64,000 nt of DNA. It comes from the human T2T-CHM13v2.0 reference genome, Homo sapiens. The stretch lies in assembly GCF_009914755.1 (NCBI RefSeq), contig NC_060941.1; one strand, written 5' to 3'. Position 1 is the stretch's first letter. The number at the start of each line of letters is the position of its first letter. Positions 27,416-43,084 of the stretch are shown here, piece by piece. Below the pieces are notes generated by a model. The model ran no database searches, was not told the origin of the DNA, and was given only the letters and a program-made list of their open reading frames with translations. The translations under genes and the position numbers were made by a program.

Positions 27416-27458
27416 ATGGCCGCATCTCCGCACACTCTCTCCTCACGTCTCCTGACAG
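27416..27458 (+). CDS. COX10: COX10 coding exon 1 ([14 protein letters not shown] + first base of G15), start of mitochondrial presequence
   Basis: ATG at 27416 in context aaattATGG; translation matches the recalled human COX10 N-terminus; donor CAG|GTACTG at 27458/27459; 43 nt, phase 1. Confidence 0.97.
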
Positions 27459-28029
27459 GTACTGTACCCGCCTTGGGCACGACCTTGGGGGAAATTCTTC
27501 TCTTATTACCACGTGCGAGGCCGTGGTTCCGGCTGGCTGCAACCTTGGGGAGCCCTTGGCGAGGTTGGCCGGCCACCGGTGTGGTGGGGGAAATGACCTC
27601 TGGAGTAGCTTGGAGTGAAGAGGCCACGGAGCTAGGGTCCAGTCTTGCACTGTGGCTTTAGTGGTCCACACAGCCTCCTCCATCCGGCTTCTGCGGAAGA
27701 GCGGTGTCTTCCTGCTTCTTTAGGTTTTCAGATAGTGGAAGCTGGAGGAGAGGGCAGAGCAGAACCTTGGGGTTCCACAGTCCTCCTTATCAGAGCCTCG
27801 GCTTCTAGCCACTGGCTTGCAATGACAAGGAAGGTGCTTTGCTTCCACTCAGAAGCCTTGTTCCAATATAAAGGGTCATGATGACAACGTTGATGATAAT
27901 GACAGTTGCAGACAGCGGAGTGTAGTCCCCATCAGACTTTTGTCTCTGTACCGCCAGAGTGGTCTTTAATATCCTTTCACTCGAAGAAACTAGTGACAAA
28001 TGTATATTGGAGCTGGAATGTTCTTCCTT

Positions 28030-28335
28030 GACTCTTGGTAATGGCTCATCTCAAATGTCACCTTTTCAGAGAGGCCTTTATAGAGACCACCCTATATAAA
28101 CTAGGGCCCCCTACTTCTTTCTTTTCACATCATTCCATTTATTTCTTTCATTATGGTTAGCACAGTCTATACTTGTTTATTTATATACTCGTTTATTATT
28201 TGTTTTTCCCAACTAGAATATAAACCTTGTGATGGCAGGGACAGTGTCCATCTCTGGTTTACCTCTGTGTTTCCAGTGCCCAGAACAGTACTTAGTGTAC
28301 ATTGTTTGCTCCCAATAGTTATTTGTGGATGGATG
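28030..28335 (+). mobile_element. L2 3' end
   Basis: ctcaaatgtcacctt.tcagagaggcct...ctagaatataaac...ggcagggac...ccagtgcccagaacagt. Confidence 0.7.
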
Positions 28336-29386
28336 CAATTTGTCCCCATGGAGATCTTAAAGAGGACGTTAGATGATTAACTAATGGTTGTGTGAGGAAT
28401 GTGATGCCGGTGGTGCATATTAGAGGCCAGATAAGAGAAGCCAGGGACTGCCTTTTGATCACATCCCAGAAACTTTTTTCACTTGTCACCTACCACACAC
28501 AAGCTCTCTGCACCATCTGGTGATGTTGACACTGTGACTCCATGAAATTGCGTTCTTCGTTCTTTTTCATAATGTTATTTTATGGCTGTCTTCTGGTCTG
28601 TGTGATTCCAGGGCAATTCATTTGACTTTTCTGGAATTGAGTTTACTCATCTATAAAATGACGTAATTGAAGTAGGTGATCTCAAAGGTCCTGTTTGGTT
28701 TGTAAAGTGGAGAGGTAGAATAGATTGGCTAGGGTCTGGTAATTGTTGAAGCTTGGGGATAAGTAATGGGGGCTCATAGTACTCTTCTGCTTTTACACAT
28801 GGCTGTGATTTTCCATAATGAAAAGTTGTTGTTTGTTGTTTTTTAAAGTCCTGTGATTCTTTTTTGAATCACTTCTTTGTTACATTCTACCATACCTGAC
28901 TGTGAATGTTCTTTGATCCTGATCCTGGGCACTCATTCTCAGAGAACTCATCCTTTTATGTTGCTTCAAATATCTTCTCTGTATGGAGGTTTTTCCAGCA
29001 TGCATCCTTCAGATTAGCTGTTTTTCTGCCTTTCCATTCTATATTGTCAGCTATAGGACAATTCTGCTTGACTACTGTGAATTGCCCAGTTCCAGTAGGT
29101 GGGCTGCATGTGGCCCATATGGTTTGTTGCTGCATCAGTCTTTGCAGTGGTGGTATGGAAGGAATTAATAGACAGCTTACTCCCTGAAGCTGTGAACATA
29201 ATTGCCAAAAACTCTGCTAGTAAGTGGTCTGTATAACTCCCTGTGATCCATTTGGAAGATCTACTAAGAGAGCTTGATGGGGAAGCAGCATGGTGGGACA
29301 AGGTGGCAGAGAAGGTAAACTGGGACAGTGTTAGTGATCGAGTAGTATCATGCCTGATTTTGCTTCTAAAAGTTCTAAGTATTTTA

Positions 29387-29747
<361 letters not shown>

Positions 29748-30008
29748 TTAGCTGTTTGTCTCCTTACCTAATTTTAAACGTCCTAAAATCAGGAGCCAGT
29801 GTTGATGGTGAATAATAGATATGGTCTTATGCTTCCAGAATTTTAATGTATCTATTATAATCTTTGTGTATCTCTAAACTTACATTTGTTTACACAAGGC
29901 TGAAATGTCTTTCAGTTTCTAGGCACTGATTCATAAAAATGTGACATGTTTCAACGAAATGAAATGTCAGTTTCATAGCTGTTTTTTCTTCTTACTACCA
30001 TTCTGTAA

Positions 30009-30415
<407 letters not shown>

Positions 30416-30619
30416 TTAATCATGAGAGTTATTTTCCAAGGTGGTTCCAAGACAAACACATTTTCATGTTTATGGAAAACAAGCATGTCATAATTAACTC
30501 AGGTTTGAGACCATAATTTCAGTGAAGAAGTGATTTATCTCCAGTCTAAGAAAATTGTGATGTATTTCTTGGGGTTGTGATAGTTCTCCTTCCCATAGTC
30601 CAGGTGTGCTGTGTGGGCT

Positions 30620-31630
30620 ATCTAGTCATCAAACATCATTTCCTTATTATATAAAAGTGCTCTGCTAGCTGTTGTACAAAGGTGGTGAGTAAAGGAGAAT
30701 TCTTGCCATCAAGGAACTAAAAAATTAGATGATGGGAACAATTTGCATGAAGAAGTGTCATGCAACATGGCATAAAGTGATAGAGTAGTTGACAAAGACA
30801 GAAAATTTGACAGAGTGGTGTGCAAATAAGGAAACGATAGAAACAGATGAACAAATTGTGAAACGTGTGGTGTTTTCAGTGGAGGGTCATGGGCGATGTT
30901 GCTTTGGTGGGTTGTGTGAGTAATATGTATTTAGTAATATGTAACAGGAAGAAAACTGTTGCCTCTGGGAACGTGGATTGGAGAGGAAAGGAAGTATTGA
31001 AGGCAGGAGGACTGGCTTGAATGCTGCTATCGTTACCATAGTCCAAATGTAAGATGATGAATGTAAGATGATCAGTAAAAATGGGAAGAAGTGGACAGAT
31101 CTGACCTATATTTCAGAGTAGATTGGACTTGATGATTGTTAATTGATAACAGGAGAGTTCAGGATGTTCCTGAAGTCTTCAGATGTTCCTGAAGTCTTAA
31201 GTAATGGTTTTATGTACAATAGGGAACAGAGTAGAGATTGGTTGAGAATAAAACACTCTTAAAGACATTTTGCAATCCATCCATATAGAGATACCAAGAG
31301 AGGAGATGGAAATAGACCTGATGACTCTAGAAATGGTTTGAAGATCAGAAATTATCCTATAATTACATTTGCTCAGGGACAATATTTAATGTTCAGAAAG
31401 AGGGAACATGGATACCTTAAGGTGGCATACATAGCAAGAATAGACACCATCTGCAACTGAGAAATAGAATGCAGAGAACCAGGAACACTTAGTGTCATGG
31501 AAGCCTTCGGGAGAATCTGTAGTGTTCTATGGCTTGTCGGAGGCTTGAGTAGGAGGAGGACCAAGGCAGAGAAGCATTGGATTTGTTGATACTTGAGAGA
31601 AGTTTCAGTAGAATGACTAAAAGCCAAATT
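30620..31630 (-). mobile_element. Degraded L2
   Basis: Purine-rich antisense L2 motifs (ggaagaagtggacagat.tga..tatattt, gtgtcatggaagcc, gtttcagtagaatg). Confidence 0.6.
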
Positions 31631-32073
31631 TAGATACAATAAAAATAGTTTATTCCTAACTAGACTGATAGAGTCATACTCTATTGAGAACTGTTTCTTC
31701 TTCCCTTTTGTTGTCTTACCCTACTTAGTTAAAATATTAACCTGAAATCTATATATTTCAATTTATTGTCATTTATTAAGAAAAATTGTGCTTTTTATTT
31801 TCTACTTTTGAAAAATTGACTGAACGGGTTGTTTTATATTTTCTTAAGAAGATATGTAGCGTGGTCATTTCAGCATTAAATGTAGTAAAGCATAGTGATC
31901 CTGAAATGAAAATTTTCCCTGGCCCTTCTGAAGACCTACACGGACTTAAACAATGAGTAGGGCTGGTAAATTGCATTTATTCACAAATCTGGATTAGATT
32001 ATTTCAAAGCTCTGACCCATCACACAGTGTAGCGCTTACCTTAGTGGCTGGCTTTGCTTCTGGGGAGGTGTAG

Positions 32074-32352
<279 letters not shown>

Positions 32353-33524
32353 TAAAGTTTTAAGAAATACTGTTTGAAAAGAACTTTTATTTAGTGTCCT
32401 TAAATTTATCCAAATGTCTTGTTTTGATTATTCTTAACCGAAACCAGAATAATTCTGGTGTTTGAGGTTAAAAGTATGATCCTGAACTTATTGATTAAGT
32501 TTAGAGAAAGACTGAAAACTTGTGGCATATTTCGACCTGGCCAAAATTGGGAAAAGCTGAACTGTTGTGATACATCTTTTAAAATTCTTTGGAGTTCTGT
32601 GACTATATCAGTAATAGAGAAATAATTGCTTTAACAGTGTGACCCTCTCATTTTCTTAAATCAGCAGTACATTTAAAAGTCTTTTTTAACAGTTGCACTT
32701 CTGAGTAAATTCAAACAATTCGACAGTTTTTATAATTTTCTAGCATTTTATAATAGACATTGATAACATAAGTCAATCCAGGTTGACTCCATGAATTTGT
32801 GGGCAATATGGAACTTACTATTAATTGCCAGGAAGGCCATTTGCATTTTCTCAAATGGAAAAGGGTCATAGAATGGCAAAATGATAGCTGAAAACTCATA
32901 GTGCCAGCCTGAAAGAACGGCAGACTTATAATTTAAAGTCCTATTTTACATTTCTCTCATCTTTAACTTAAAACTTTAAATTAAAATCTTAATAAAACTC
33001 GATATGTTGATAAGAGATTTAAATTTCTAGAAATGTTCAGGCTTTTTAAGTTGGGGGTCAAGGATAATGGTGGATATTTAGAGGAGAAATTCAAATATGT
33101 GTAATGCCCTTTTTTATGTAAATGGAACTCTTCATTCATGAGTTTATAATTCTTTATTAAGACTAATGTATGTAATTTCAAATCTTTGTGATGTGATGGA
33201 AAAGGCACTTAACTAGTTATCAGCATAGGTGGCTCCACTCCCATGCCTGCCTATAGCTGGTTGTTGGCTGTTGATATATCAGTTTATTTCTGAGGCTTAG
33301 TTTCCTTATCTGTAAGTTAAAGAGAGAGAAAGAGAGGAGATACTAATAATGATCTATCTTCTTTGACAACTGTTTAGAAGATTAAGTGAGATATATATTA
33401 TATAAAACTGTAAAGTACTTCACAAATATTAGCAGTAGTTATTAATTTTGCTAGTAAGTGGTAGAGACTGACTCTACAGCCCACATTCTGTCTTCATCCT
33501 GCCCTGCTATAAAATCATTCAGCC

Positions 33525-33827
<303 letters not shown>

Positions 33828-33917
33828 TCATTCAGCCCTGGATTATGCCTTACCACTGAGCCCCTCCCTATGCTGTTTGCCTGAGAACATGGAAAGTCAA
33901 CAGGTTGACTTGGGCTC

Positions 33918-34189
33918 TTTTTTGTCTTTTTTTTTTTTTTTTTTTTGTGAGACAGGGTCTCACTGTGTCGTTCAGGCTGGAGTACAACGGTGCAATCACA
34001 GCTCAATCTCCTAGGCTCAAACAATCCTGCCTTAGCCTCCCGAGTAGCTGGGACTGTGGGCGTATGCCACCATGACCCACTAATTTTTTGTTTGTTTTTG
34101 TAGAGACATTCCCTATGTTGCCCAGGCTGGTCTCATACTCCTAGGCTCGAGGATCCTGGGATTACAGTCATGAGCCACTGTGCCTGGCT
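33918..34189 (-). mobile_element. AluJ with small deletions, intron 2
   Basis: T tail, gagacagggtctcact, J-type diagnostics. Confidence 0.88.
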
Positions 34190-34549
34190 GGGCCCTTGAT
34201 TATTGAAAACTTTTTTATTGTATTTGGAATGTTAAGCCTCCAGGGAAAATTCTGGAGGAGATGAATAACAAGTAAATTTATTTTTCTTTCAAGGAACATA
34301 TATTTCTAGGCTTTTCTAAACTACAGAAATTGAAAACCATTACTGAGGCCTAAATTTTATTCTCCATATCTCTTAGTATAGTGATTTCCATATAGCACTC
34401 TATAAATACATGCCGAATTAACAGATATTAAAGCTGTGGGAAAAGCTTTCAAATAATGTAAAAGCTGGTCTGATTGAAGATGTTGCTAAATAACCATTTG
34501 AGAGCATTTGGGGCCTTGGTTTTATAGTAATGTGTGCTTTTTTGTTTAG

Positions 34550-34885
<336 letters not shown>

Positions 34886-37800
34886 TGATATACTTACTTA
34901 TTTGAAACTCTATCTTTAGTGAAACAAAAAGCTAATTTTATTTACCACCTGAAAAGAATAATTTGGAACTGCAGGTCCTGTCTTAGTATTTTTCCTCTCT
35001 TCAATTTAACTGGGATTTGAAATTAAATTTTCTGAATTCTATTTACACAGAATTGTAAATAGTATTGCATTGTAAGTATTGTATTAAAAATAGTCACCCT
35101 TTCCTTTGCAATTAAAGTTGAATGTTTATCCTGCTTATTTCCTTGTCGTTAGTGTTTTTACACCTGCTGTAAAAATGCATAAGATAATACGTTTTGTCAA
35201 CTTGAGTTCTGGAATGGGAAGAATTGCACTACTGGGCTTGATATGAATCCACAGTGGCCACTGAGTCTCCCAGTTCACTTCTGTGTTTTGCTTCTTGTAG
35301 AGCCTCTGGGGTTGTCACAGGTCTGTGGGGATGTAGGGTGCATTTTTCCTGAAAGGAGATTTGGAACCAGATTTTGTTTTTTAACCTAATTCTAGCATCC
35401 TGTGCCAAATTGTATTGCCATAATTAAGTGATTTGGTTGTCACAGTCACCCTGTAAGTCAGACAGAGCATTATTATTATCCCATCATATAGCCAAGCTTT
35501 GACTTAGCTTATTCTGGGCTAACCCTGTTTAGAAGGTATGTTCTGGGTCATGCTGCAACTTGAGGGAGACCTGGTTTATTCTTCTTAAATGAGAATAAAG
35601 AGACTGAATATAATGTATGAATAGTAAGAGTAAGCCAGGCCTCTTTGAGGACAGAAAGTGGTAAATAATGTTAGAGTCAGATGAAAAGATGAGACAGGGA
35701 GGCTTTTGAGAGCAGAGAAGGATCAGGGAAAGAGTGATTTTTTTTTTTTTTTTTTAAAGAGACTTGAGCCTGAAATTCAAGGCAAAAGGAGGTAACTAGA
35801 CAACTTCTCTCCTTAGTGACCAGCTTTACTTAAAGAAAGTTGTTTTTGAAGAAATGATGAATAGACACAGGGGCTTTGGTGAAGGAGCTAAAAAGTCTTA
35901 GTAAGACTTGTGTAATGTAACTCTAAAACAGTGAGATGAATTCTGTGTGATAAGCTTGAAAACATGTCTCAGTGGTTTATGGTCACTAAGCAACGAATCA
36001 GCATGTTTCTAAAGAAACTCTCTTTTGTCATTTACACAAGTGGCCTGAGTGTCATGCTGCTGACAAGTTAAGAATGACTATAGATAAGTTATGCTTATAA
36101 TGCTGCCACCCCAAAAATGAGGCCTCTCAGCCCGTAGGCATCAGATGTGGCCTCTGTCAACAGCAGGAGCTTCATGTGTGCCATCACTTAGCACATCCAC
36201 CCTGCAGATTAGCTCTCGTCTCTTGTTGTCCCATTTCTGTCAGTTACAGCATTCTTCGCTTCCTTCAGAGGAGAAACCTTAGAACCAGTCTTCTTCACTT
36301 TTTGCTCTCCGCTCTCCCCTTCATCTTGAGTCTAATTTCTGTCACCAGCAGAATCTTTTGTAAGCCCTGTGACATTTGCTTTCCCATCCTCATTTCTGAA
36401 GCTGCCATCCTAGTTTACATTGGAAACACGGGAGGCTGTTGGTTTTTGCAGCAGCTTCTAACTGTTCTTTCTTTTGTCCTCCGCCCCGCTTACCCTGCCG
36501 TTCATGCTGCCCAGCGTTGCCAAACTAACTTACCCAAAATATTGCTTTCGATTTTCCTAACTTATACGAGTCTATAGTTTCTCCATATTAGCTTCTGTCT
36601 CAACCCTGCTTAGTGTTAAAGGAACACTGTAACCTGGAATGATCAAACTGTTCCTCAGAATCAACCTTTTTTCCCTTTCCCTGTCCCTCCACCCTACCAT
36701 TGAGGCCAGTCCTTTCACCCCACCATATTTGTTCCCCCGCCTCCATGGGAAACTGGTCTGCCTGTCTTATATCCAGTCAGATCCTTTCAAGGCCTCTGTT
36801 AATCCTGCTCTTGGCCCCAGTCTCCCTTTTCAAAACTTGGAATATGGCTTTGAAGTCAAGCACACTTGAGTTCAGATCTTGGCTCTGACATTTACTAGCC
36901 AGTGAGACTTTGGGCAGTTCCTTAACTTTATTGAGATGATATCCACATCTATAAAGTAGGAATAATAATAGATCATTTAAGAATTAAATAATTAATGCAT
37001 ATAAAGCATACAACAGCATGCTGGACACATGGGAGACACTGCAAGTTTCCAAATAAGTATAGGTGAACATTTGATTGTCTGCTTAATGTGTATTATATTT
37101 CCCCTAAGGTTGTTTTTGCCTGTGGAGGGACTTGAAGTGAATGAATATTTACTCGGCAGGGAAGATGAGAAGGAGAATTTTAAGTAGAGGGAAGAGTCTT
37201 TGCAAAAGCAAAGGAGTCTCAGTTATCCTGGCACATTCAAAAAGCTGCACTGGGACTATGAGTAGCAATAGTATGACCTGAGTATCATATAGGAGAGGTG
37301 CTTATTAAGATCGAAGAGTTAGGCAGTGGTCATGTTGTCATATTGGCATGTATATCAGGCTAAAGTGTTAGATCATAGCCATGGAAAGTTCTGGAAGCTT
37401 CTTTGGAGGGATATGATCACTTTGTGTTTTGTCTTATTTACCTTTTACGTATTTTAAAATTTCCATTAAATTAGTATAGGCTTATTATAAAAAAGAATTC
37501 AAATAATACAGAAGCATATATTTTAAACTAAGAAAGTATCCTTTCCCACCATTCTAGATAAAAACCCCTGTGTGAAATGTCGCCTTCTCTATATAGACAC
37601 ATATGCAGATAGAGCTATGGTTGTACATTTTCTTCAAAAGAAATAGGATCATTTTATATATATATATATATGTATGTATGTATGTATACACACACACACA
37701 GTTTTGCAACATGCCATTTTCTTATGACAGTATAGTTTTCACTGACAATATTCACTGCATACTATTCCATTGTATGGATCTGCCATTATTAACTAGTCTT

Positions 37801-38028
37801 CTGCAGGTAAACATTTGTGATATTTCCAGATTTTTTACTATTAAAAGCAACTCTGTTACTTTTACGTATACGTCTTTGTACTCACGTGAGTCTGCCTTTA
37901 GGATCAGTACTTAGAAATGTAATAGCTAGCTTTAAACATTTAAATCTTTGATGAAACAACAAATTTGTTTCTAAAAAGATAGTATAATTTACCCTTCCCC
38001 TCAACAGCATTTGGGAATTAGACTTTCT

Positions 38029-38461
<433 letters not shown>

Positions 38462-38869
38462 CTATTTTGATCATTTGTGGTTTTTCTTCTGTTATTTAGC
38501 TCTTATATTCTTGGTCATTCCTTATTGACTTTTTAGAATTCTTTGTAAATAAATTAGCATTTTATACATCATATTCATTACAAATATTTTTTCTCATTTT
38601 GTCCTTTTCTTTTTTTATGGTATTTTGTTGTTTTGTTTTGTTTTATTTTGCCCCATGGAGATTTTTGACTTTTATGTATTTGTTTTTTTCATGCCTAGAA
38701 AGGTTTCATCACCCTGTGGTTACAAAAACATTCACTCATGTTTTCCTCTGATGCTTTTATGTTTTTGCATATTCTCTAATGCTTTGAAGCCATCTGGATT
38801 ATATTTCAGTGGAAGGAATAGGCTTGATTAAGAAAACTGCTGTGGTAGTACTATAGAGCAAGGATCACC

Positions 38870-39027
38870 TGTTTTTGTAAATGAAGTTTTATTGGAACAC
38901 AACCACGCCCACTTGTTCTGAGCATATATCATGCCGCAGTGACAGAGTTAATTGCAACAGAAACCTTGTGGCCTGGGAAGCCTGAAATGCTTACTGTCTG
39001 GCGTTTACAGAAAAAGTTTGCTGACCT
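38870..39027. mobile_element. MER58A-like hAT fragment
   Basis: aagttttattggaacaca.ccacgccca...ctggc.tttacagaaaaagtttgctgacc. Confidence 0.8.
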
Positions 39028-39364
39028 TCTGTCGGAGAGCACAGACTAGTGAGAGCCAAGAATGATGGCAGACAAATAGTGGTGGTCAACTGAGAAACGA
39101 CTTGGGCCTGAACTGAGGCTGTGGTGGGGAAAGAGAACAAGGGAGAGAGAGAGAAAGAGAGATAGATAGAGAGAAACATTAAGGAAATCGAATGAGTAGG
39201 ACCTTAGCTAGATGAAGTGGATTGCTAAGGAGACATAAAATAAGAGCTGAGAGCGCGGAGCTGCAGAGAGTTTGAATACCTTGAGGTGAAGCAGGTATTT
39301 TCCAGCTCTGTGGGCCCTTTTGTCATTTATTATTCTAGGCTCTATCCTGTTCTGTGAGAGTCAG

Positions 39365-39560
39365 ATTCTAAAGTCAGATTCCCTGCATTCAAATCCTGGC
39401 TTTGGCTAGCTGACTGACCTTGTGCAAGTTTTATAATCTCACCGGCCTCAGTTTACCCATCTGTAAACTAGGGATAATAATAGTACTTCCTTCATAGGGT
39501 TGTTCTGAGTAATAGGTGAGTTAACATTTGCAAATGACATACAAGTGCCTAGTACATGTC
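39365..39560 (+). mobile_element. MIR
   Basis: ttcaaatcctggct...gcctcagttt.cccatctgtaaa...gggataataatagtac core. Confidence 0.8.
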
Positions 39561-40554
39561 AAAAACTATACACATATTTCTTAAAAAATAAATTTAATAC
39601 CTGGCTGCCCCCACTGGCATTTGGATTTGCTGCCCCTGCTCTAGACACAATTACGGGCTTCTGGAATGAAAAACTAGATGAATGGTGGTGTTGAGACTTA
39701 AGAGTGTAAATATGGAAGAAAGAAAAGGTTTAAAGAAAACATGATGAGTTCAATTTTGGATAAGTGGAATTTGAGTTGCTACTGGCATATCCAGGTAGAG
39801 AGACCCAGTGGGGCAGGGGGCTGTGAAAGGCAAGAGCTCAGAGAGAATGTTAGGCTGGAAGAACCAGGGGTCTTCAGCATGGAGCTGGCAGTGAGGTCAC
39901 GGTAGTAAATGATGTTACCAAGGATCAGTGTGTACAGTGACCATGCTGATGGTCACCAGAACTTTGGGGTATATCACCTTTTAAGGATTGGGTAAGGTAT
40001 ATAATGGACCCGGCAAGGAAATAAATGGTCAGAGGGAGGAAGACCGGAAAAGACCCTGTCACAGAAGCCAAAAGAATAGAACCTGTTCATAAAGGGAAGT
40101 GATCTGGGCCGGATGTCAAATGCTGGAGGTCTCCTGAGAAGCCTGGCTCGTGAGAGTCATTTTATTTGCCAGTTAGGAAGTCAGTGTTGACTGGTTGCTA
40201 AATCAGGGAATAGTGATTGCTGTGTCTTCTTAGACTCTTAAATGAGCTGCTTTAAATAATCTATTTTAAAATAATTTTAAGTTTATTATAATGCTTGTTT
40301 CATTAGGAACACAGGAAAATAGGATAACTAGTTTAAGATGAACTTTTTTCTTGGCCACATCTTCCATTCCTTCATACTGGCTATTGTTGTATTATTTCTC
40401 CCTTTATGTAGCTTACTTATATGGTTATATATCTGAATTGTCATTCCAGATGCAGGGTTTGATATCTAAAACATAGTATCTGAAATCTCAAGAAATTAAT
40501 TAATTAATTATTTAATAGTGCATACTGTGATGTATAGTGTACATGAACTCATTG

Positions 40555-40735
40555 GCTTCCAAATGTCAGCATGGTAATGTGCCGTCATGGTGTGCTTGTT
40601 AAAACAGTGATTCCTGGCCACTGTTTCCAGTGATTCAGTTCCCCTAGGGCTGGGACAGGACTCAGAGATCTGCATGTTTGATGAGGACACCAGATGATTC
40701 TGATGCAGGTGGTCCTAGACCACACTTCGAGAAAG
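40555..40735. mobile_element. MER5A-like
   Basis: atctgcat.ttt...gatgattctgatgcaggtggtcc..gaccacactt.gagaaa. Confidence 0.75.
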
Positions 40736-42414
40736 CAAAGTAGGTGTTAGGTAGGCAGCGAGTACTAGTCCCAGACCGAGTGGTCTGACTGGATGTGGAG
40801 AGAACTCACCTAGTGAGAGCCAGCGGAGCCGGTCACTACCACTGGCAGCAGGAAAAGCCGACTGGGCAAAATCTGGACCACAGAAGAGAGGCATGCAAAG
40901 CAAGACGGATGCACCACAGAAAAGGGGAGCAGCCTCACCTACACACACAGATGGAAAGGTCCCAGGGCAGTAAATTTCCCTTGTATTATTTTATATATTC
41001 CACGCCCCAGGTTTCTGGATGAACTAATTGAATTAAAGTCCTTTCCTTCTGCTTATTCCATTTAAAGAAGCAGCACCCTTTGGGTGACCCCTACCCTTTT
41101 ATCTGACCTTTTACCTCTCTATTTAGTTTATTACTTGAAGTCACATGTGTTTTGGAGTCAGCAGGATTTTTTATTTAAGAAAATACCTGATATCTGTCCA
41201 TTGATTTCTTTTGGACTCTTAACATCTCACACGATTCATTTATAGCTAATGATAGCCGAGGCAGAAATATCTGGGAGTCAGTGATCACTTTCATAGAACT
41301 AGCCTTTCTTTCTTTCCCTCCTTTTGTTTATAGCTGTAATATACGGAGGATAATTAACTGTGGAATAAGTGAAGGGCCAGATAGTGCTCATACTTATATT
41401 TCATCTGTGGGTTAGTGGGTAGCAGCAGCCTGATGCCTTGGCATTTAGGCCAGGATATGAGCCAAACGTTTGCTGGTGCTAATGCCATTTAAAGATTTTT
41501 ATTTTTTTAAATGAAGGGAAGTAAGACTGAGATTATAAAAAAGGAATAATGTGTCTCCCTTGAGTTTCTCTTGCCAACTGAGCTATTTACAATATGTTTT
41601 TGGAGTTTGTTGCATGGACCACACTGGGGTAAAGAAATTTTATTTGGATTAGGATCATAAGAGGCTTTGGTGACTCAACTGAGTTTATACTTAATATAGG
41701 TCAGTAAAAAGCAGAACTTTTTTCCTGAGTAACATCTGTGCTGAAAAGCTGCAACACGTTTTTTGAGACCAGAACACTGAAATAGATTATTTATTGGAAC
41801 CAATAGATTATGCTGTTGATGGAACTGATATGAAGTATGATCTATCAATGTATAAATTTTTTTCTCCTAGAGCCTAGAATGCTGTTTTTTATTAAAAGAA
41901 AAAAGCAGAAATGGAGGATACACGTTCATTTTAGATCGCTTGTATAGTTTAAGAAGTCAACTTACTGTAATCTTCAGTTATTAAATATTTGTATTAAGGG
42001 GGTTTTAGCATTCACTGAATATGAATTGAGTGAATTACTATGATTTCTTGAATTTTACTTTATTTTTTGAAATAAGTGCCTTGATATATTTACTAAATGT
42101 TATAGTATTATTTTTAATTATATGACTAGTAAGTATTTATTTTTAGAAAAAATAGAAAATACAGATAAGCAAAAAGAGAAGATTGAAATCCTCCTGTAAT
42201 TTCACCATCTTAAAATAAAACCATTTTGAATATTTTGATATATTCTCTTCCAGAAATTTTTTCTATGCATCTCATATATTTTTGCTTTATAAAGAAATAT
42301 ACGATCGTAGCGTAAATGCCTTCTGTGACTGAAAAAAATTAATATTCTGCTTATGTCTTTTTGTGTATCAACATGTTTACCCTGTTTTTAGTGACTTTTA
42401 AAATTTAAAAGTAA

Positions 42415-42819
<405 letters not shown>

Positions 42820-42834
42820 TAGTCTGTGTTTTAA

Positions 42835-43065
42835 TGTTAGCAGTACAGCCTCTGGAGTCAGACTGGCTGGGTTGGAATCCCTGGTCTACAATTTTATTGG
42901 CTTTGTGGTTACAGGCATATTTTTTTTCAAGTCTCTAAGCCTTGGTTTACTTGTCTGTAAAATGGGGATAATCCTCCCTGAAAGGATTATTGTGATGATT
43001 ATAAGCAATAATGTAAGCAAATGATTCACTGCCATATTCAGTAAATGTTCAAGAAAGGTTAGTTA
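42835..43065 (+). mobile_element. MIR
   Basis: ctctggagtcagact...tctgtaaaatggggataat core. Confidence 0.78.
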
Positions 43066-43084
43066 TTATTACGTTAGTGCATAG

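Larger units (their letters stand above)
27000..27710. promoter_or_regulatory. CpG island / bidirectional TATA-less promoter of COX10
   Basis: Abrupt GC and CpG enrichment around exon 1 in an otherwise AT-rich window; ETS, GC-box, YY1 and ZNF143-like motifs. Confidence 0.9.

Noticed and set aside
27041-27881. Dense stack of overlapping 75-155 aa ORFs on both strands
   Set aside because: Expected from stop-codon scarcity in a GC-rich CpG island; only the first 14 codons of 27416..27661 are real, and the rest is read-through into intron 1
40745-41070. GC-richer intronic stretch ending in ATTAAA, possible intronic polyadenylation site
   Set aside because: Looks like an old LTR remnant; a hexamer alone is not evidence in AT-rich DNA
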